The position numbers and the translations under genes are program-made. Of a DNA stretch of 64,000 nt, positions 39,050 through 56,124 are shown one piece after another (position 1 is the first letter of the stretch; each line of letters starts with the position of its first letter). Where the stretch lies: assembly GCA_964016885.1 (NCBI GenBank), contig CAXHJY010000690.1, positions 1 through 64,000 of the forward strand. Reading direction: 5' to 3'. The DNA comes from Eledone cirrhosa (taxonomy: Eukaryota). The notes under the pieces are model-generated. The model was not told the DNA's origin. It did not search any database and saw only the letters and a list, made by a program, of their open reading frames with translations.

Positions 39050-39295
39050 TACATATAGTTTGTATATATATATGTGTATATACATGTGTGTGTATATACA
39101 TATGTGTGTATGTACATATATGTGTATGTACATGTGTGTATGTACATATGTGTGTGTGTATATATATACATGTGTGTATGTATATATATGTGTGTATGTT
39201 CATGTGTGTGTATGTACATGTGTATATACATGTGTGTGTGTATCTACATATGTGTGTATGTACATGTGTGTGTATATACATATGTATATATACAC
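39050..39295. repeat. Compound TG/TA/TAC microsatellite
   Basis: Direct inspection. Confidence 0.9.
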
Positions 39296-40228
39296 TCATT
39301 ACTCTTGTGTAAATGTTTCAGGGCTGTTATTGTCTATTTTATCTGCTGTTCTATAATGTCTGTGTGTGTGCTTATGCATGCATCATACACACAATTGTGT
39401 CTATGGCAACTTGTAAATTAAGCCGATTTGTTAACATCACTATTGAGAATATCAGTAGTAGCTGAGTTGAAGATACTTTAAATTGACAGGTATTCCTCTT
39501 GTATTATGTAGTGTTGACTGTTGTTGTTGTTCATACATGTGCAAGTTTAGTCAGCCTCCTATGAGACTTGCATTGCATAGGAAGCTTTTTGGCTGTTTTA
39601 ATCCTTTCATTACCAGAGTTCTAATGAAATTCATTGCCTATGATTTTCAAATAATTTTTTAAATAATCAAATATTTAAAAGGACTTTAGTGGTATAACTT
39701 TTTCGTTATTAAGCTGTTTAGAGTTCTTATGTAAAATTATGATGGAAGATTTTTAGATAAATATAAGCATCATTAGTTTTGTATAATAGAATCAGGAGTG
39801 GTTTCATGTGGTATGGTATCATAGGCTTAATGACAGTGGGGCCCAATCCTATTATGATGTTGGGTTTGAGCTTATTGAGTCCTATACTTGTATATTGATG
39901 AGTGTGTGTGTGTGTGTCTATGTAATATAAAAATACACAAACTTGATCCAACTTACTGAAAAGACTTTCATATAAGGACCTGCCATATGTTCATTACTGT
40001 TTCTATCTCACAAGCACCAAGCATCGTTTGATGAGGCTTTCATTGTGAAAGTTACCAGCAGTTTATGGTTTCACCGAAATTCTATCTCTTTACCTGCTGT
40101 ATTTTTAGATAATTGCAGTATCACCAGAGTAGTGAAGAACAATAGCTGAAGCTTGTATAGTGGGTTGTCAGACCCAGATTCATTTAATTTCTGTGGGATG
40201 GTGGGCATGTGTAGCATTAGCTTTAATT

Positions 40229-40263
<35 letters not shown>

Positions 40264-40266
40264 AAA

Positions 40267-40668
40267 TTAACCCTTTCATTACCATATTTTTAATGAAAGA
40301 CATGAATTATGATTATCAAAACATGTTTAAAATAACCAAGAATTATTTATTTGGTGTTTGGAACATAACTAACTATAACTTAGCAAACCTTACATAAAGA
40401 TATAATAGGTTTTTAGATAAACACTTTAAAACCATTGTGACCATATTTCTAATTAAAAAGACTATGATATTTAAATAATTTTGAAAATAATGGATAATAA
40501 TATAACTAGCTTTCTTATTATTTAGCTGGTGTTTTGGAGCATAACTATAACGTAAAGGTTCTTATATAATATTATGATGAAATCTTTTTGAATATAAACA
40601 TTTCAGAACAAACAGTTTTGTATTGTAGAACCAATGGTGATTTCAGAGGTTTTAGTATCAAAAGAATT
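40267..40668. mobile_element. Second TTAA-type MITE family (degenerate; related pieces at about 39598-39790, 41985-42470 and 44140-44635)
   Basis: TTAACCCTTTCATTACCATATTT start; TTTAGTATCAAAAGA end; shared internal GGTGTTTGGA(A/G)CATAA. Confidence 0.55.
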
Positions 40669-40761
40669 ATTTTTTTTCTATTATAATTTTCTTATTTCAG
40701 GAATTTGTATTTCAGTGTGAAGTCTCATGCTAGCCAGGTGCTAATAATAATAATAAGTACA

Positions 40762-40962
40762 TTAACCCTTTAGCATTTACACTACTCTATATTTATTATT
40801 ATTATATTTTCACAGTAAAGGCTTTACCTTACATAATTATCTCACATAATATCAAATCTATGAGATTTTGATATTATTTAGTTTGAGAACAATACATTAT
40901 GGTTGGTTTGAACAAAAAGAGGTGAGAATTCTGGCCGGTTGGTTTAAATGCTAAAGGGTTAA
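40762..40962. mobile_element. piggyBac-like MITE
   Basis: Perfect TTAACCCTTTAGCATTTA / TAAATGCTAAAGGGTTAA ends. Confidence 0.8.
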
Positions 40963-41129
40963 ACAAATAGGGATTGTACTACGGGTAGAACACTTAGAAA
41001 AAAACAGCATTGCTTGGAACAGTTCGTACACTCTGGAGGAAGGGTGTTACCTCAGTCCACTGGTAGTGAACAGCTAACACTTGTAATACATCTCAAGCAT
41101 TAGAAGCTGAGCAAAGAAACAATAATGAT

Positions 41130-41300
41130 GATTTCTACTATAGGCACAAGGCCAGCAATTTTGAGGTAAGGGAAAATCGATTAAATCGACCCCAGTGCAT
41201 TACTGGTGCTTTATTTTATCGACCCTGTAAGGATGAAAGGCAAAGCTAACCTCAGTGAGATTTGAAGCCAGAACGTAAAGAGCCATAACTCTGTGCTGGA
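41130..41300 (-). mobile_element. Nin/Deu-domain SINE
   Basis: Reverse complement of the Nin core and tail (TTTATCGACCC...GGATGAAAGGCAAAG). Confidence 0.75.
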
Positions 41301-44300
41301 AAGCTAATAATAATAATAATTGATTAAAACTCCATTTAACACTACTTGAAGTCTTAGTTTATTTATCATGTTTCCTATATTCTTTTCGTTGTTCTCTCAT
41401 CACCTGTGATACGTCAAGTTTTTGTTCTAGAGCAGTGAAGAAGATAAAAAGCTATATTTTATAGGTAATGGGTTTATGATAACATCTTGGGCATTGCCCT
41501 TTCTCTGCTAACTAACTTCAACATCATTTTATGTCAGTTTTCCATGTTGGCATGCATTTGGACAGCTTGTTTCAGTTTGAATCAGTTCTTATTTGGAGTT
41601 ATTAACCTCCTAGATGGGTGGGAGAGGAGGAGGGGTCATACATTCTCATTTTTGGCAGTGTTTCTACAGCTAGATGGCCTTAACAACAACAGCTTAATAG
41701 AATGTACTGGATGCATTTTATCATGGCATCAGCACTAAGGAGGTTGTCATGTCCTCAACAAAACTACCCTATGGTGTCTCTGATCTTTGTCCACCTACCA
41801 GAGTGATTCTACAGAGGTTGGCTTGCCCCTACATGGCAAAAAGACCCTCCCCAACTCTATGAATATAGGTATGAAGCATTGGGTGTGAGGTGATAGGATG
41901 GTATGGAGGAAGGGTACAATGTGGTATGGAGGAAGAGTACAATGATAGCTACAAATTTTAAGTGTATTCAACTCTGCTTCTTATTTTACCCTTTCATTAC
42001 CATTTTTCTAATGGAAGATACTGCCTGTGATTTTTTTTATATCATTTTGAAAGTAATCAAGAATTTGTAGGTATTTAGCTAAATAACTAACCTATTCATT
42101 ATTTAGCTGGTGTTTGGAGCATAACTTAACAAAGGTTATCAGATTACTACCAGTTGAGAGAATGGACAATTCATTAACTCTCATGCTTATTTTGCTACTT
42201 TGGTAAATTTCTCTTTGAAATCTGGAATGTTGTTCCTTAACTCTTTTGATACCAAACAACCTAAAGCTGTTCCTGGTTTTATGATACAAAACTGTTTATT
42301 TTAAAGTGTTTATATGTATTTAAAAAAAAACTTCTGCTATAATTTTATATAAGATTCTTTGTTAATTTATGTTCCAAACAACAGTTTAGATAATAAGAAA
42401 GCTAGTTGTAGTATTAAATGTCTTCAAATTCTTGATTATTTTGCTAGATGTATGGTAAGAAAAGTGTTAAATATTCCAAACTGTTCCATATCTCTCTCCT
42501 TCCTGTTTTACTCTGCACTTTTCCTTCTCTAAATTTCTCTTCTGTTTCATTCTTTGCCACCAATTATCAAATTTCTGTCTTGACTACAACTGGCTAGATA
42601 TTTCCTCACTTTCAGTCTCTCCATATCTATTTATTAAGTTAGATGAGAATATCTGTTGTTAGTAGCAGTGGTGGTGGTTGTTGATGTTAGTGCTGTTGTT
42701 AACGGTGGCAGTTGTTGATGATGATGTTACTGCTGTTGTTAATGGTGGTTGTTGTTGTTGCTGCTACTGCTGTTGTTAGTGATGGTTGTTGTTGTTGATA
42801 TTTCTACTTCCTGTCCATAAATATTGTTGCAGTAATGGGATTAGTGTGCCAAATATTTCTAAGAAATTCTTTGGAGGGTAGGAAAAGAAAAAAAAATTTT
42901 TTGCAGTGAAGGTCTAGAATATGTTTTAAAGTTAATTAAATATTAATGAATAATAATTTATTTCCTTCTAAATAATGCTGGGGATTTGCTTTTTAGATGA
43001 CTTATTGTACAGGGGTTTAGTGTGGGACAATTTTCAAGAATTTACTGATTGTGTTTAAGACAAAAAGTATTGTACTGTTTAAGGAGACAAATCTAGAGCA
43101 CAGAGGCAGTCAATTTTATTAAGAGCACTCCATAGGTCTTAAATTTCAACTGAAGGTTATGTTGGTGGTAACCACAATGTGTTTGACTTGGTTGGTGTAT
43201 GTTTTTTTAGTTTGTGTTTGTGTGCAATTGGTTATCTCTAAGCTAGAGGTTTTCTTAAGCAAATTGAGATTCTATCAGTTTTGATGAACAAGATTAATGA
43301 AATTAACTTGTGCCCTTAATGTAGTTCTCGTGAGTAATTACCTAAGTACAGCCTGTACATTATTAAGAGTTGAGTAATTAAGGCCTGTACATTAAGAGTT
43401 GAGTGAATGCTCTAAAGCCTGTACATTATTAATGAAAGTTGAGTGAATACTCTAAGTAAGGCCTGTACATCAATTACTGAGGAGGGTTGAGTGGTTACTC
43501 TAAACTAGACCTGTACAACTGAGGAGAGCTAAGTGAATACTCTAAGTATGGTTCAGTACACTATTTAGTCTTCTTATTTTAAGATAGATCACTACAAATT
43601 TCCAATCTCTAGGTAAATAACCTTCATTGTTCAACAAATTGTTCTATCAAAAGCTAGCTTAGTATAGTGTAAGTCAGTGTTTAACCTTCAGCAAAGCTAT
43701 ATAAACCCTATATAAATATTTTGGTTTGGTCATTGAACTGACACAAGTTGGGAGTTAAGTTAGTTGAACCTCAGCTTAAATAAATACACCAAAATACACC
43801 AAAGTAATCGAAGCCAACACAACACTTTTTTACATACATGTATTATGTACTGCTTTCTTTACTGCAGTGCCTGCATCACCCAAATCAATCCTTGGCAAAC
43901 TTGTTTTGTCCAACATATTACTTTGTGTGTTTTAGATACCAATTTATTGTTGTTGTAAACTACTTAATGATGATAACTAAGTTGGCTTCTACACTAAATA
44001 TTCACGTCATCTTGGTTATTTATTTATAACTCTTAAAAAAAATTTTTATTTGATATTTTTAAAAAATCACCTTTATTTTTCCCTGTTAACTTTGGTTGAA
44101 GTGTTTTGGAAGTTCCTTTATTTTAATATTATAATAATTAGTTGTTTTGATACCAATCCACCTGAAACCAATCCTGACTCTATAATACAAAAGTGTCTGA
44201 TTCAATCGTTCTAATACTAACCCACCTGAAACTGCCCTTGGTTTTGTGATACAAAACTGTTTGTTTTAAAGTGTTTATATCTACCTACAAATGCTTCATC

Positions 44301-45427
44301 ATGATTTTGTATAAGAACCTTTAAATTATGTTCCAAATACCAGCCAAATAATGTGAAAGTTATATTATTAAATACCTCAAAATTTGTGATTATTTAAAAA
44401 ATTATTTGAAGATCATAGGAAGTATCTTTCCCCAGTAATATGGTACTGAAAGGGTTATATATCTATTTTAAAAAAAACTTTCCATCATAATTTTATGTAA
44501 GAATCTTTGTTCCAAATAACAGCTTAATAATGAAAATGTTATATTACTCAATCCCTCTAAATTCTTTGTTACTTCTAAAATTATTTGAAAATTATAGGCA
44601 ATGACTTTCATTACTAATATAACGAAAGGGTCAATAAAATAAGTATTCTTTCTGATACTATTTTCTTCCTTATATACAGTGTTAACAAATGTTGCCTTTT
44701 TTGATGTATTGAGCAAAAATATTTCTAATTCAAAGCTACATGGCACTAATACAGCAACAGTATGGCACCAATGCAGTGACTAAATGGCTGTGCATCGTCA
44801 CAACTACAGTATGGCACCAATGCAGTGATTACATGGCTGGGCAACATCACAGCTACAGCATTGCAGCTTCACACTAACTACATGGCTATGCACCATCATG
44901 ACTGTAGCAGGTCATCAATGCAGTGACTGCATAGCTGTGCACCTTGACAGCTACAACATGACACCTTCACAGTGACTACATGGGCAATTTGGAATACACA
45001 TAGTTGGAACTGACAAGCCCAACACGTATGTTTTTCTTTGAGAATTAGGACTTCTTTTAAGAATTCACATTGGTCACTAACTGTGAGGCAGTGTGTAAAA
45101 ATGCCTTATACTTGTGTGTCTATATTTATTCAAAGAAGCTCAAATGTTTGTGTGAATGCATGTGCGAGGGTGTATATATGTACATATATGTGTGTATGTG
45201 GATCTAGGGTTTAACTTGACATTTTGATCTATTTACAAGACTTTCATAAATTTGTCAGTGTAGATATTCCCCTAATGTCATATGCACTGAGTAACACACA
45301 AGGAAGGATATTTATTTTCTAGTTAACATTGACTGACACTTGACTATCATGTGCTTTAACACTTACTAAAATCTCATTATCAAGGTGTATTTTTCTTTGT
45401 TATTAATGGTCTTAAGTAAATAAAGGT

Positions 45428-45566
45428 ATTTGGCTTAGTGGTTAGGGTGTTGAACTTGCGATGATACTGTCATGTGTTCGATTCTTACTCCAGGTGGCAT
45501 GTTATGTTCTTGAGCAAGGCGTTTCTTTTCATGTTGCTTTGTACAATAGGACTGGGTTCCCTATCA
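45428..45566 (+). mobile_element. tRNA/CORE-like SINE, 5' part
   Basis: TGGCTTAGTGGTTAGG, GTTCGATTC, CTTGAGCAAGGC, GGACTGGG as in the copy at 7822; abuts a MITE. Confidence 0.65.
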
Positions 45567-45800
45567 CTAACCCTTTAGCATTTACATTATTCTATACTTA
45601 CTATTGTATTTATTTTACATAATTATAGGCTTTATTTTACATAATTATCTATGTAGTATCAAATCTACGAGATTTTGATGTCACTTAGTTTGAGAACAAT
45701 AACTTAATATAGGTATGAGTGGCCAGTTACAGCTGGTTTGAACAGAAAGAGGTGAAACAATTCTGTCCGGATATGGCCGGTTTGAATGCTAAAGGGTTAA
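45567..45800. mobile_element. piggyBac-like MITE
   Basis: TAACCCTTTAGCATT...AATGCTAAAGGGTTAA. Confidence 0.8.
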
Positions 45801-46491
45801 AACACCCAAGAAACCTATGAGGTGTGAGTGTGAATTTAATTTTTAAGTAAAAGCTGAATCCCTGCAAGACCTTAATATAGACCAGTGATCCCAAAAGTGG
45901 ATGCTACTCTCCCCAATTCCCCCGGAGAGGTACAGGGAGTCTGAAGAGGATCACTGGAAGACAAAAGGATGGGGTAGAGATCATTGGACAACAAGGGTCG
46001 TGAAGGAGAACATACTGGGGGCTCATATCACTATTGTGCAGATCAGGAGTTGACAGCAGAAGGGTTGTGGTTCACAAGTGGGTTATTGAGGTTTTCTCTG
46101 TGGGTCTTGAACCTTTTCAAATTTTTGTATGTGATCTATCTATGCTGACTGCCAGGCTGTTCAGAAGTAAACCCAGATAAGAAACAAATCCCACCTTGGG
46201 GTTGGCAACATGGTGGATGTATGACATCAACTCAGGAACTCTAGTTAAGTCAAGTGATTCATTCTAGATGCTGAGCAGTTGGTATCAAAAGATTTCATTA
46301 AGTGAACGACTGCAATATGCATTGACAAGTAGCACCGGATTTATGTATCAATGCTCAATTGAAACAATAAAACCTATTGTAAATAACATAAGGTTCACAT
46401 GTGGGTCATGGGCTAAACTTGAAAAATATATCAAAGGTGAGCTATTAGAAAAAGAAGTGTGGTCTCTGCTCTAACCTGTATTAATAGAGCT

Positions 46492-46700
46492 CTCTACTAC
46501 TACTATACTATTACTACCATCACCACCATTACCACTACTAATACTACTACCACCACTGTCACTACTAATACTATTACCAACACTGTCACAACTAACACTA
46601 CTACCTCCATTACCACCAACACACTACTAATACTACTATCACTATCACCACTACCACCACACTACTAATACTACTATCACCACTACCACTATTACTACAA
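46492..46700. repeat. Degenerate (ACT/ACC)n trinucleotide tract
   Basis: Direct inspection. Confidence 0.85.
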
Positions 46701-46819
46701 TTAATTCATCTTGGTCTTTTTCAACCTCACACCACTGTAATGTAACTTTGTCTTCATTTCATCTGATCCCATTACAGACAAACTTCAAATGAACTGAACC
46801 AATGATTTAGCCCTTGCAG

Positions 46820-46868
<49 letters not shown>

Positions 46869-47056
46869 TTGTGTTGTTTGTTTTTTCCCTACTAGAAAGG
46901 GTTATATTGTATCTAATAATAATAATTTTCCTGTGTTTCAGAGAAGATATTTTCTTCTTAGCAACCGTTTTGATCTATTGAACTGTTTTGAAGACATGAT
47001 TGCTGTTTGTCTTCATCTCCTATATGTATACTATGTTTTATATATATATATATATA

Positions 47057-47478
47057 TCATCATCATCATCATCATCAACGTTTAACGTCTGTGTTCCATG
47101 CTTGCATGGGTTTGGATGGGGGTGGTCCCACTTGAGGCAAGAGTGATTGTCTTGCTCGCATAGGACTGTCTGGCAGGTTTTCTACAGTTGGATGCCCTTC
47201 CTAACACCAACCACATTTACAGTGTGGGTCTGGGAGGTTTTTACCGTGTTGCCTACACGGCCACATTACAGCGTGGACTGTGTGTTTTTTTGTCGTGACA
47301 CCTACACGATCTCATTTGTTTCGGCCTGGATTTTCTGGCACCAACATAACTTTACATAGAACGGGGTGGTGTGGATGGGGTGGGGGTGGTGGTGGTGGGA
47401 CGGGGTGTATTTTGTTAGAGATGCCTACTGGCTGGAGTAGGTTTTACTGTATATTTAGGTAAGGCGGGTCTTCTCTAT
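47057..47478 (-). mobile_element. RTE 3'-UTR-only insertion
   Basis: Matches 10613-11045; truncated just before the stop codon. Confidence 0.9.
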
Positions 47479-47558
47479 ATATATATATATGCCATCCAAA
47501 CCCATGCAAGCGTGGAAGATGGACGTTAAACAATGATGATGATGATGATACACACACT

Positions 47559-47603
<45 letters not shown>

Positions 47604-47606
<3 letters not shown>

Positions 47607-49446
47607 CATCATCATCATCATCATCATCATCAGGTTTAGCGTCCGTGTTCCACGCTTACATGGGTTTGGACGGGGGTTTTCCCACTTGAAGCAAGAGTGG
47701 TTGTCTTGCTCGCATAGGACTGTCTGGCGGGTTTTCTACAGCTGGATGCCCTTCCTAACACCAACCACATTTACAGTGTGGGGCTGGGAGGTTTTTACCG
47801 TGTTGCCTACACGGCCACATTACAGCATGGACTGTCTGGCGGGTTTTCTACAGCTGGATGCCCTTCCTAACACCAACCACATTTACAATGTGGGGCTGGG
47901 AGGTTTTTACCGTGTTGCCTACACGGCCACATTTACAGCGTGGACTGTGTTTTTTTGTCGTGACACCTACACAATCTCATTTGTTTCGGCCTGGATGTTG
48001 TGGGACCAACATAACTTTACATTGAAAGGGGCGGTGTGGATGGGGTGGAGGTGGTGGGACGGGGGTGTGTTTTGATAGAGATGCCTACTGACTGTAGTAG
48101 GTTTTTACTTTGTATTTAGGTAAGGCGGGTCTTCTCTATTACTGAGTACCGCCAAAGGTCTCGGTCCAGTGACATTGTCTTGGAGAGGTGTAAGCGTGTG
48201 AGGTCGGAATTTATCATGTCGTCCCAGGTTTTTCTGGGTCTGCCTACTCCGTGGCTACCATCTATCTTTATTGCCCTGCACTTTGTTATACAGCTGTCGT
48301 CTTTCATGCGCATCACGTGACCGTACCAACGTAGCCTTCTCTCGAGTAAACATCTGATCCCTCTTATTTCTAATTATTTCATTAGTTCGTTTATGCTTAG
48401 CCGTTGACGTATATTACTATTGCACATCCAGCGGAGCATGCAAGCTTCGTTCCTCTCTAGTCTGTGTATATCCTCTGCACACAATTCCCAGGTCTCACTG
48501 CCATGCAGCATTGCTGTTCGTATGCAGGCATCGTATAACCTGCCTTTCATTTTTAGGGAGAACCCTCTAGCGGCTAATAGTGGTATAAGCTCTCTGAACT
48601 TTTTCCATCCAGTTCTGACTCTAGCTACTGTACTTTCAGAGCACCCTCCCCCACTGCTGATTTTGTCACCCAGGTAACGGAAGCTGTCCACTATTTCTAT
48701 AGAACCCTCTGCGCAATTGAAAGAGCTAGTATTTAGTGGGCACTTGCTGCTACTTATTGCACCAGAGCACCGGCCACATGTAAAATCTATGTTCTTAGCT
48801 AGCTTACCTGTGATCGCACTACATCTTTTATGCACCCATACTTTGCATTGGGGACATAAAATGGAGTTTCTACCTACGCCTTTCCTACACACTGAGCATG
48901 GCCATTTCCCGGAAGGGACCGCCGCCTTGTTTTCTTTCCTACAAACTAGAACTTTAGTCTTAGCCAGGTTAATTTTAAGGCCTTTTGATTCTAGGCCATG
49001 CTTCCATGTTTGGAATTTCTTCTCTAGTTCGGTCATTGATTCAGCTATGAGCGTTAGATCGTCTGCGTATAGGAGTTCCTATGGGCAGCCGGTCTTGAAC
49101 TCCTCTGTTATAGCCTGAAGGGCAATAATAAATAGTAGGGGGCTAAGAACAGAGCCCTGATGGACACCAACTTTTACGCTAAACTCTTCACTATATTCGT
49201 TGTTAATTCTAACCTTACTGACTGTTTCTTTATACATGGCTTGTATGGCTCTCACAAGCCATTCGTCAACACCTAGTTTTCTAAGAGCCCACCAGATAAT
49301 GGAACGGGGGACTCTGTCGAAGGCTTTCTCCAAGTCGACAAAAGCTAAGTATAGGGGTTTACTTTTAGCTAGGTACTTCTCCTGTAGTTGTCGTACAATG
49401 AAAAGAGCGTCTGTGGTACTTTTACCTGACACAAACCCGAACTGTA
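47604..49446 (-). mobile_element. RTE LINE, 5'-truncated, with 112-bp 3' UTR duplication
   Basis: QFGF...DLEKAFD...YADD...TRLT*; one premature stop and one frameshift. Confidence 0.95.
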
Positions 49447-49577
49447 AAAAGTACTTGTTCAATTAACACTTAGAATTTAATATTCTATCATACTATTTCA
49501 TTATAATACCATATTATATATATTTTAAAGGATTGTAAATAAAACAAGTAAATCAGACAAAGTTGGAATTCCTCTTA

Positions 49578-49628
<51 letters not shown>

Positions 49629-49632
<4 letters not shown>

Positions 49633-51085
49633 TGTTATACTTTGGGAGGGTCATGTTGCCAATAAGAAACACACGCACCAGTTGCTTTCACTTCAATTTA
49701 TTATAATAAATTTAGGAATTTAGGAATTTATAAATTTCTTGTTGGTTGGCTGGTTCCACAACCAGATAGTTGTTTATATATTGTCAAAGTTCTTTCGTCA
49801 CACATTCTGTGACCTCTTCAGTGACTGGGGATTCTTTTCTTTGTTTTTATGCCTCTCCTTTGTTCTGTCCTACGCCATTTTGTTTCTGTGTGTGTGTTGT
49901 GTGCTCAGTCTGCGCATGCGCCACATCCGGGTGTCTGTGTGTGTTTATATTCGTTTATATATTAGTTTATTTACATGTTACCGGTTGGTTGTTTGTTCTA
50001 TGTGCGTGTTGTTTTCATTTTGTCCTTAATTGTAAGTTGTGATGTTGCTGTTCCACTCATATTTTCTATTTAATTTTGGTTGTAATTCTTTTATGTTTAT
50101 TGCCTCTGTGATTTGTCTAAACATTGCATCTTTTCTGTGTGTAGATTCTATTTTTATTTCTATTTTCTCTAATTTACCCTTATGTTCTATTTTAGCATGT
50201 TGGTAGAGTACAGATGATTCTTTACTATCTTGAAGGTCTCGCCACTGTTCATTTATCCGTTCCCCTACACTACGAGCTGTCTCACCTATGTACACTATAT
50301 TTTTGTCTCTACATTGTCCTTCAGTACATCTTATGCTATACACTACATTTCTAGTTTTACAGGTTATACATTTCTTATCTATACAGGGGGGTCTTTGAAA
50401 AGGGTATGTCTTGCTAATAAGTGTTTTTACGGAGGTACCTGGTCTTTCTACTATCTTAATATTGAGTTTATGTTTATCTAGAGCCCTTCTAAATTTGTAA
50501 GCTAATTCACCTCTAGGGGTTGTATCGATGAACATTACACTCTGGTATTTATTGCTATCATACCATGAGTTTATTCTATTAGCCTTATTCCTAGTTCTTT
50601 CTATTCTATTCCAAAATTTGCTCCTATACAAGGAGCAGGTCCCATTTATGTCATTATTTACCATTTTTTCCCATTTGGTTCTGGCTCCTCTATACACTCT
50701 GATTTTATCTCTCTGATTGTAACCAGAGAAATGCATACGGTGGATGAAGTGTTGTATATGTCTCTCTAGTTCTTCAGGGTTGCACATGCGGGACACGTTT
50801 CTCATCACCCGTACCAAAACGTAATCAGTATGTTGATTTTGGTATGGTCCGAAACAGCTGAGTTTCGGTGGATCAGATGTTTGGAAGTCATGGGCTGGCA
50901 TAATGGGAATGGAGGATTTGTTTTTTGTTATTAATGGTATCTAACCAGAGCTCTGTGTCTAGTACAGGTAATCGATGGTTGGGGTGTTTACTTGCGTAGT
51001 CTATAGTAACTCTAATACTCTGGTGGATGGAGTTAGCTATTTGCTGGATGCTTTCCATTGTGTTTTTCTCTAGTTCCTGACTGTT
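49629..51085 (-). mobile_element. Penelope-like element, 5'-truncated (RT C-terminus plus C-terminal GIY-YIG endonuclease; possibly Nematis-type)
   Basis: [17 protein letters not shown]; MRNVS...SGY; NVVYSIRC...C...YIGETARSVGER...LYQH...H...RQITEAINI...LNRKYEW; (TA)n on both sides. Confidence 0.88.
49783..49825 (-). ncRNA. Minimal type I hammerhead motif in the PLE 3' UTR
   Basis: gtca CTGAAGA g gtcac-agaatgt-gtgac GAAA gaac TT tgac. Confidence 0.7.
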
Positions 51086-55061
<3,976 letters not shown>

Positions 55062-56022
55062 TCTAAAAATGAAAGGCAGGTTATACGATGCCTGCATACG
55101 AACAGCAATGCTGCATGGCAGTGAGACCTGGGCATTGTGTGCAGAGGATATACGCAGACTAGAGAGGAACGAAGCTTGCATGCTCCGCTGAATGTGCAAT
55201 AGTAATATACGTGAACGGCTAAGCATAAACGAACTAAGGAAAAAATTAGAAATAAGAGGGATCAGATGTTGTTTACTCGAGAGAAGGCTACGTTGGTATG
55301 GTCACTTGATGCGCATGAAAGACGACAGCTGTATAACAAAGTGCAGGGCAATAAAGATAGACGGTAGCCACGGAGTAGGCAGACCCAGAAAAACCTGGGA
55401 CGACATGATAAATTCCGACCTCACACGCTTACACCTCTCCAAGACAATGTCACTAGACCGAGACCTTTGGCGGTACTCAGTAATAGAGAAGACCCGCCTT
55501 ACCTAAATATAAAGTAAAAACTTACTACAGTCAGTAGGCATCTCTATCAAAACACAACCCCGTCCCACCACCTCCACCCCATCCACACCGCCCCTTTCAA
55601 TGTAAAGTTATGTTGGTCCCACAACATCCAGGCCGAAACAAATGAGATCGTGTAGGTGTCATGACAAAAAAATACACAGTCCACGCTGTAAATGTGGCCG
55701 TGTAGGCAACACGGTAAAAACCTCCCAGCCCCACACTGTAAATGTGGTTGGTGTTAGGAAGGGCATCCAGCTGTAGAAAACCCGCCAGACAGTCCACGCT
55801 GTAATGTGGCCGTGTAGGCAACACGGTAAAAACTTCCCAGCCCTACACTGTAAATGTGGTTGGTGTTAGGAAGGGCATCCAGCTGTAGAAAACCCGCCAG
55901 ACAGTCTTGTGCGAGCAAGACAACCACTCTTGCCTCAAGTGGGAAAACCCCTGTCCAAACCCATGCAAGCGTGGAACACGGACGCTAAACCTGATGATGA
56001 TGATGATGATGTTGATGATGAT
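55062..56022 (+). mobile_element. RTE LINE 3' fragment with 112-bp 3' UTR duplication
   Basis: [11 protein letters not shown]...TRLT*; (GAT)n tail. Confidence 0.95.
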
Positions 56023-56093
56023 GTATATATATATATATGTACATATACATATATATATACATGTATATATATGTATATATACATATATATATG

Positions 56094-56123
<30 letters not shown>

Positions 56124-56124
<1 letters not shown>

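Noticed and set aside
43335-44985. CRISPR-like repeat-spacer arrays
   Set aside because: Repeats are degenerate, the spacers are not unique and of uniform length, there are no cas genes, and the context is eukaryotic.
46942-47030. Coding exon after a good acceptor (TTTCCTGTGTTTCAG)
   Set aside because: No clear donor, no recognisable peptide, and the phase is incompatible with the upstream candidates.
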